64,000 bases of DNA from Ascidiella aspersa (taxonomy: Eukaryota). Under the pieces are notes generated by a model. The model did not search any database. It saw only the letters and a program-made list of their open reading frames with translations, and was not told the origin of the DNA. The stretch is taken from the NCBI GenBank assembly GCA_963924565.1, contig OZ004613.1:6572001-6636000 (forward strand), in the 5' to 3' direction. Below, one piece after another: positions 55,909 through 64,000 of the stretch; the first letter of the stretch is position 1; each line of letters begins with the position of its first letter. A program made the position numbers and the translations under genes.

Positions 55909-57014
55909 CCCTAAAGTTTAGGAAAATAAAGCCGCAAGGTAAACAATAGATCACAAAACGAATTTTGAAAGTAAACTTACAGGTCGATCTATTTGTGATA
56001 TGGCATCGGTTAACGGTTCAAGATTTGATCCAGAAATGTCGCAGAATCTTAAAACCAGCTGGTTGATGCTGCGTACACTTGTTGCCAGGCAACTCACCTC
56101 ACGTGACCCCAACTTGTCTACTCTAAGTTTTTCCATCTAAAGCATAAATAGGTGTTGGTAGGTTAACTTTACCTAAAAAACCTAATGAAAAAGTCAAATG
56201 GCGCGGTGTAAGATTCAAACGGAAACAAATGATTTACACCGAAAAATTCTTATCGGCAATTTTTCAGTTTAATAATTTCATTGAGCTTTATTTTATTTTT
56301 TTTTTAGTTTCAATATTATTTTTAGCTTAAAAATTTAATTCGGACTTTTAAAAGTATGGATCATCGTTGTCCTGGTGAACAAAAGGATGGCTGGTTTAGC
56401 TAATACGGATTAGCTATCGCCTTGAGTTTATGTTTGTTACTTTAGGTGTAAGAGGTGGTAATTTGCAATCGAATTTTAACATTAAGGATTTGTAAAATTT
56501 CATTTTAAAACAAAAAATTAATCAAAAGCTTTCTGAGTTTACAGTCAAAGAACAATCCAAATACAGTTACCTATTTGTTATAATTCTGATATGTAAATCA
56601 ATTTCTAATGGAAAATGTGAAATAGTAAACACGATATTAACCGAAACGGCTTTAAATAATAGCAAGCATAAAAAACTAGTAAGGGTTAGTGATCATAACG
56701 ATACGTTCATGTTAATTGTTGCACGAAAGTTAACTTACAGGTGTTTCTCTGCGTGCGATTGCTTCAGTAAGAACTTCGAAACCGGATAGGTCACCCGTGT
56801 TGTCTAACCCTAGGCGGTTTATCTTATGAACGCAGGTGGACAAGGCAGTGAAGTCACGTGATCCAGTTGTCTTCAAGCACGCTTCATCCATCTACAAACC
56901 AAGAACAAGGCTTTATAATACAGGGGTGCGAATTGATCTATTTTTCGTCGTTTGATTAGATTAAGTGGTATATTAAAGCCGAAAAAATAAAAGTTTGATA
57001 AAAAGTTTACAAAC

Positions 57015-58715
57015 CTTATTGCAGGTTTTCGCAACTGTTCCCATCAGCACTTCTAAACCATTGCCTGTAAATGTAACTGAGGAGGCATTAATGACCATTT
57101 TTCTGTCAGTTCCGTGAAGCACATGGCAGAGACTTGACACTTCACTGGGAAGAAGTGTTCCACTTTTCATTTGAATCTCTTCAGGAAGGAACTCGGCAAC
57201 TGACGCTTTATATCTTTATCATTTAGTTCCTGTGCCAAACTGCAGAGCCTAAACATTTTGGAGGTGAAACTCTTACCATCGTTTAACAAAAGTTGAGATC
57301 CAAGCAAATCAAACAGACCTTTTAGCAAATGTTTTTTGCTGGCAACATCAGTGGTAGAGATTTTAAAAATAGGCTTTAGCTTACGGTGGAGTTTTGTATT
57401 TAGCAACCCGAAAAGAAACCGAAGAACCATTTCCCAAGTAGAGCTTTCCATTTTTTGTAGCAGCCCAGAAAACAAGCTTAAGTCTGTTTCGAAAAAGAGT
57501 TTAAGTGCTGTGAAAAACTCTTGCCATAGAAGATGAATAAAGAAGAATACTTTTCCCCCTCCAGTATACGAAGGTTGAGGTCGCTGGATAAAACTTGCAT
57601 GTTGAGAAAGTCCTCCAATCCTTCAGCATCAAGTCCGACTTCATCAAAGTCTTCTTCGTCGAATGTGATCTGATCATTGAGCATTCCGCTTAAAGCCAAG
57701 CCTGAAAGTTTGCTCAAAATGCCGAGATCTTCTTTGAACTTAGGCGAGTGAATACAGTCAGACAAAAAAGAGGCAAACACATCTGTCAGTGTGAAAGTGC
57801 CATCGTTAGTGCCATGCTTTATGATGTAAGGTGCGACGGTTTTGGCAAATATAGGAAGAAAGCACATCGCTTTAGCGGCTGGGTTTTGACTAAGTGATTT
57901 TGTGACCTTCTCATAATCTTCTTGCTTTGGGCAAATTTGTCGGAAATACAAATTTTGAGAGTTTTCGTTAAAACCGATTACCTTGACTACAAAGTGGGGC
58001 TTGCAATTAGGATGTAGCTTAAGAAATGCTCCCGGTCGTGAAGTAAGCAGCTTGTGAGCATTGGCAAGAATGTCGCCACGGAGTAGGTTTTGTAGAATGA
58101 CAACCGGCGTTGCGCGATCGTACAATCCGATCACTGGAGCATCCAAGTCAAGATCCTTGAACCTAGGTTCGTCCAAACCATCCAGGAAGATAAACAGCTT
58201 GTTGGATTTGGAAAGCCTTTCCAGAATTTGATTATCTATTTCCTTTGTGTGTTTCCAGTTTGGGTCGGATGACAGAAATTCCAGTACACCTATTTGTTTG
58301 TTAAGATCCATTTTCTTCAAGTATTTGAAAAGTAAATAGCCTCTTTCATCTGCTGGTAGTCTTTTTGCAACCTCCTTTAGTGTCTGTAAACTAGCTGTAG
58401 TTTTCCCAATTCCAGCTATTCCAGTCATACCGACCACGTTGCCATGTCTCTCCACGTAATCGTCACATGCTGCCTTATTGCTAAATTCCCTGCTTTCGGC
58501 TTCATTGATTGCTTCGTGTTTTGCAGCAGTAAATAATTGTTGAACTTCGAGCATGATGAGGTTCACTTCGTTGTAAAGGCGAGTAAGTCCTTCGACACCA
58601 AACTCCTCCAATGGTGCTTGCGAATCCCGAACGATGTCAAGGGGAACTGAGTTTCTTGGTAGAGTCCCGACGACCTTATCAGCTGTTGTCTGAACCTTTT
58701 CCTGCCATGAGACCG
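57015..58715 (-). CDS. NLR3 NACHT exon (split over three ORFs by frameshifts)
   Basis: GIAGIGKT, LFIFLDGLDE, LLTSRP; ORFs 57478-58806, 57167-57475 and 56973-57170 are consecutive pieces. Confidence 0.88.
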
Positions 58716-59600
58716 CTGAAAACGTAAAGGATTTTGCGTTTAAGTTGAATACTGCTGCTGAATAGTACGTATTTGTCTTAAGTCGACTGTTTCTTTTAAC
58801 ACACATATCGGATTTAAAGAACAGTTAGTATTTGATTTGCTATTAAAACAGTAAAGTTTGTATGTGTTGATGGAGCCCTACAAAGGAAGAAATATTATAT
58901 AAAGTGGAGCGCGGTAAATTTCACAGACTCTCTGCGAATACCAAAGAAATGCCTGCAGCAAAACTCTTGATTTCCATAACTGTTTGTATTCTTTTTAGTT
59001 AATATGTTTGAGAGTGGCATAGAAAACCAACATATATGGCGTTGCAAAGTGACGTCAAAGCGTGACGTTCTGATACAAGTAAATTTTAGAAAATCCTGTT
59101 TCCAGTCGAACACATGCGCAAATTAACAACTGAACTTGAAAAGATATAGATTTTAAGTAAAGGTAAAAATAGATTCTAAATACAAGTAAATGGTAACATA
59201 TAGCGTTTGCAAGAAGCTCGAAACAATTTTTTTTTGTAGCAAAACGTTGAATTGTGAAGGAGACGGGACGCATTGACCACACCATCTATATCATTACCAT
59301 ACTAGATAATAGCATATTTGACGTAGATGAGGAAAAATAAGTTGTGAATGACATTAACGCCCCATCTGTAGGTTACAGAAACACGCAAATAGTTCGAACT
59401 TTCGCCATAGAGGTGGTGCGTACAATATAATGGCCGTGAAGCGCGAAAAATATATATTATGGCCGTAAAGCTCGTAAAGCGCGAAAAAAGTATTACCGTA
59501 GCTTAAATTTAATAAAGAGTTTTGTGAGAGCAAACCAAAAGCCATCACAGACTCATCGCATCTGTCGATCAATAATGCAAGCAAGGCAGGCTAGAAAACA

Positions 59601-59980
59601 ACTAGCCTGTATAGTGAGGTTCGAACCCACGACCTCTGGCCATGTCGCTCTATAGCAGTGATTCCCAATTTTTTTAGCTAGCGGCACACTAAAAAATCTT
59701 AACTATTTCGCGGCACACTTTTAACAGAACAACAATAGAGTCATTATGCAATCGCCCTTAACACACGACAAACTACATGTAAATGTCTCAAAATTATTAA
59801 TTTGTAATGCATATTTATGTCTGAAATGCTTGCTTGTATGACTATTTGTAACAGAGATAACTTATTTTCTAAAATTGCCAGAAATTTCGCGGCACAATTG
59901 ACAATCTATCGAGGCACACTAGTGCGCCGCGGCACACAGTTTGGGAATCACTGAACTATAGTATACCAACTGAACTTAAA
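59601..59980 (-). mobile_element. tRNA-derived SINE-like head interrupted by a hAT MITE (59656-59953)
   Basis: Minus strand A-box-like AGTTCAGTTGGTA and B-box GGTTCGAACC separated by an element with CAGTGATTCCCAA TIRs; related fragment GTTCGAACCTCAC..CAGGCTAGTTG at ~36214. Confidence 0.6.
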
Positions 59981-60126
59981 GCAGCTTCAAAAGGGCTAGC
60001 TCACAGTTGATAACGCACATATGTGTGTGACATGTTTTTATTAGGCGACTTAGTTTAACTTTGCGTTCTACCCAGGTCTATTTGTGTAAACGATCCAGCG
60101 GTTATCATATAAAAAATTCTACCAAC

Positions 60127-60316
60127 CACTATCAGATGTGGGAACGGTTGAATCATGGGCCAACTGTCCCGGTTGGATGGTGTGGGAATTGATAATGTTT
60201 CCGTGAAGGTGATGAATGGGACCGTGGTGCTGTTGTATGTCACCAATCTGCATATTCAAATGCTCAACGTTGATTGGTTGGTTGATTTCTGGTGGATTCT
60301 GAGCTGCATTCTCGCC
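60127..60316 (-). CDS. NLR3 exon 2, RHIM-like/His-Gly heptad motif
   Basis: GENAAQNPPEINQPINVEHLNMQIGDIQQHHGPIHHLHGNIINSHTIQPG; phase 0 to phase 1. Confidence 0.82.
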
Positions 60317-63300
60317 CTGTGGTAACAAAACGTGCATTTGGTAAATTAAAGTACATTCGGGATTATGGATTTCCGATACTTGATCTTCTATTCCGATACC
60401 GATACCCGATATTTTCGACAAAAATTATCGTAATCCGATACCTAATGACGTCATTTCTATGGCCCACTAAGCAAAATAGATGAATTGGAAACATTCAAAA
60501 GCCCTTTTGTAGGTTATTATTTTTTAGGTTATGAGGGCTAAAGAGTTTAGTTACCTCGATTTATTAGCTTACTATAATTTTTGATAAATTTATCTTTCAA
60601 GGTTAAATCGCCGCGTTGAAAGGTAAATCATGGCTAAAGTACATGCATTAATTTGGTTTCGGATCGCCATCGAGTATCGGACGAGTACCGATTCCATCAC
60701 TTGGGGGTTATAGGTATCGGCTCCGGTCCGATATGTATCGGACATATCTATACTCGTGATATTGCATTTACAAAAAGACGAAATACATAGAAATGAGTAA
60801 GCTAGTTACGGTCAGTGATAATGCTGTGTTAGCATGTTAAAGCCAGCCACATTTTGTTTAGCCGAAAGGAATTCAATGAACTGTTTGTGGACACGGCATT
60901 TGCCGCCCAAGACTATCCTGTGGTGAAATTCGAGCTGACGACCTCGTCCGTTCTGTTTTCGTCGTTACATGGAGTGAGCTACGTATGCTCATTGATACAA
61001 CAAAAGTCGCCTGTAACTACTACATCCTTATCTAGTTTTAAAACATTTTAACGATTCGAGCAACACTAAATTATAGCCTTGATATCTACTTTAGTGTTAA
61101 AATATTATTATTGCAAGTTTTACTAAAACTTCGTTGATTTACAGATTTATAATATAACCAGGGCGTCATGGACCCACAGCCATTAGAAAATAAAGGCTTT
61201 TGTCGGAATGGCGTTCTATCGTAGTTCAAAGGGCTTTTCAGCAGCATAACTAACTAAAAAACTTGTTAGAATCAAATGTGTAATAGCAATAAAACTAAAA
61301 AACTTCCAAAAATACCCATTTGTAACATAACAGTGCATGACTATCGAGCGAGTGAATTAAAGAGGAGAAAAGCATTATTTACATTCCCCGATGGACGTTG
61401 CCTATGCTACCTTACACCGTTTAATAATAAGCAAGGTTTACCCCAAAATTATATTTTTGTGCCAAATTTTGCTGCCCAAACTGAATATGTTTCGAATCCT
61501 TCTTAAATTAATGTATGTTTAGCCACTCCTTACAAAATGCCAGCTATACCTGAATTATCTCCCAACTTCCAGCTGCTTTCACACATCTATAACATTTTTG
61601 GGTACACTATGCACCGAACTGTAATGTAACTTGATAATGAATTTCAAAGCCACAAAAGGTCGAGTAGATCGACAAAGCTTGATCAAGACATTTGGATACG
61701 AACTTGTATCATACGAACTACGAACTTGACATTAATTAAACGTGATGCAAGTTCTTATCGCCATGTCTTAATCGAAATCAAATTTTGAATGAGATATTTA
61801 GGTGGCACTATATAAAGACAAATTGTTGTGTGTTCTCGATATTGTTCTACTTGATTTTCTACTTTGATCTGATGAAGCATGGTTGTGCGAAAGCTTGTCG
61901 AGAATTCAATAAAATTTGTCTTTATATAGCGCCACCTGATTATCCTATTATCAAGATATAACGTCTTTGCAATGTGTTTTTTTACATCGAGCAACACCTA
62001 CAGTCTCCCAAAAAGACTTACTTGATGTCGGTTTAAGGGGTCGGCCATTTCGTTGTTGCTGCTTTGCTGGCAATTCGATAAACAGTTATAACAAGCTTTA
62101 ACTTTTCTGTAAAATGAAATACACTATCAGGTTAGATGAGAAACGTTACTTAATTAAAAATTTGCTCAAAAACTATTGCTGAAAAGCCATGTTCGCGGCC
62201 TAAAGTATAAAGCACGGATAGGTCGAAAAGAACTGTGGACCAAACTCAGGTCAACGTGAGCACTTACTGCCGACCAGAATGACGCTTTATACGGATCGGC
62301 GCCAATACTTATATCAGCCATTCATTTAAACTAAAGTTCCGTCGTTATATGAACACGATGACTTTTGTTGTATGTTAATTATGTTCTTTTTAATATTTTT
62401 GATATCGTGGACTATTTTTGGCAAGGGCTGAACATCTGGGCACAAAGGCGCCACGTTGTCTCTTTTGCAACCTGAAACGAATCAAAGGTTGCTGCTATGT
62501 TACGGGTTACAAAAAGCTCAATCTGTTTTCTTCAGCTTTAATAACATAGGGTTGGTTCGGAAAACGCATGGGCGACTAATTTTGCACTTGGATAAACTGC
62601 TATTTGGTTTGTAATACTAGAAATTTATCGAAGTGCATATTGTGGGAAAAAATGAATTTAAACGCCATTAATTGTAAGAACTGGGATATGTTATTTTTTT
62701 AAACCATCCAATCCAGTTTTTATTCAAAGCCGTTTTTCCGATGATATGAAGTTTTTTGAGTGAAGTAGCTACCATAAAGCAGTCAGGTTTTTAGGAATAA
62801 AGATTTTTTCTTTCGGTGTTTTAAAGAATATAACAGTTTTGTAAAAAATAATAGGATTTTTGACAAAGTTTGGGTATAAGAAACATTGTTAAATTTAAAT
62901 TTAGATTTTGTAAACCTCTACAAAAGCTAACCACTAAATACTTATATTTCACAACATGTAAAGGGTAAATTTAATCGATCATTGCTTAAAATGCTTGTTC
63001 CTGTTTTGACCAACACAGTAAACACAGCGACTGTGTTTTTTCAATCAACAACTAGAAAGTGTTGGACAAGGAACGAGCTGGAACGTGACTCTTCACAATG
63101 ACTGGGGCTAAATATACGACACGCTGTCTCGGCGTCCTTGGAACCCGAAACTATTCAACGGCGGTTGTTTTTATTTTGAAGGTTTTTGTTGTTGGATACG
63201 CAACCGTATGTCCCCAGCAGTTCTCTTTATTTTGGCTGAATCGCTATTGAGAAGCTGTTTTAATGCCCTTGCTAAATTTGTGCACCGCAGCCGACGATAT

Positions 63301-63337
63301 CGCCCGAAAAAACCGAAATAATTTTTAATTAGGTATA

Positions 63338-63489
63338 GTAAGAATATCAAAGCCCATACAGAAGTAGGTATAATTTTGATGTTAAAATTTAACAACAAAA
63401 TGTTTAAAACATTCAAAATGATACCCACTTCTGTATGGGCTTTGATATTGTTATTACGCTTTACTACAACCTCCAACCAATATGCTCCA
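63338..63489. mobile_element. Hairpin remnant of the same Penelope-like family
   Basis: AATATCAAAGCCCATACAGAAGT and its reverse complement; matches the termini of 24485-25871; similar remnants at ~23000-23145 and ~26695-26835. Confidence 0.8.
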
Positions 63490-64000
63490 AACTTTTGAAT
63501 TACATTATTCACTGTTGTAAACGTTTCAAACACGAAACTGTTGTTAATGAAATCATATTTTTGTTTTTTTAAATGAGCTAAAATTACTTACTGCCTACCT
63601 CCGGACGCGGTTCAGTGTCCCCTTTTGGCATTAGTTGCTGAATATTTAAAAAAACAATGTTCTGAGTTGCTTTTCCCGTAATCCAATCGTAAGACAGGAT
63701 GCTAAGCAGGGCCCAAGATTTTCGGCGTAACAGTCATACGAATTACAAATACACTAATAGATTTCGCGTGAGCAAGGAACATCACAAGCATTTTGCTATT
63801 CGACTACCTTTTCGCATAATGTCGGCCACTATAGTATAAATATATTTAAATAATTCTTAGTTGTCGTAATTGCCGTGTTTTATATTGCGAATAAACAATG
63901 GAAATTGGCTGTACAACAAATTTTTGACAATTGGCTAAATAACAAATTTAGTGTTTTTGTGAGGCTTATGTGCCATTTCTTATTAGGTCACTTGCCACAT

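Larger units (their letters stand above)
52450..62048 (-). pseudogene. NLR3: RHIM-like/NACHT/LRR gene with two frameshifts (pseudogene, null allele or assembly error)
   Basis: Exons 62048-62022 (MADPLNRHQ), 60316-60127 (RHIM-like), 58715-57015 (NACHT; 1-nt deletions at ~57552 and ~57208), LRR exons 56891-56739, 56136-55981, 54939-54778, 54102-53941, 53224-53084, candidate terminal exon 52530-52450. Confidence 0.8.

Noticed and set aside
59601-59980. Functional tRNA gene
   Set aside because: A and B boxes are split by a MITE and no complete cloverleaf can be drawn.
63171-63533. 120-aa ORF and similar ORFs at 24334-24555 and 26497-26727
   Set aside because: They translate non-coding Penelope-like terminal repeats; the similarity reflects the repeat, not a gene family.

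Overview
AT-rich eukaryotic (metazoan) genomic DNA with GT-AG introns. An invertebrate, plausibly an ascidian, is my inference only. All host genes are on the minus strand. The window holds three paralogous multi-exon NLR-type genes (NACHT + LRR): NLR1 <227-9881, NLR2 ~12372-21663 and NLR3 52450-62048, the last with two frameshifts. None has a recognisable death-fold or TIR domain. Instead each begins with a dedicated ~62-codon exon encoding a RHIM-like [VM][NQ]IG core followed by His-rich 7-residue Gly repeats, a candidate amyloid-signalling module. Their LRRs are built from phase-0 exon cassettes (153/156/162/138-141 nt) that differ in copy number between genes and vary mostly at the LxxLxL strand positions. 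Between NLR2 and NLR3 lies a birth-and-death tandem array of seven intronless classical SDR (HSD17B8/FabG-like) copies, three intact and four broken. Also present are a recently inserted 5'-truncated Penelope-like element (RT + GIY-YIG), a minimal hammerhead ribozyme in an NLR intron, a solo LTR inside an SDR copy, a BEL/Pao fragment, a tRNA-derived SINE-like head, many hAT-type MITEs and local segmental duplications. All exon models were read by eye and need transcript confirmation.
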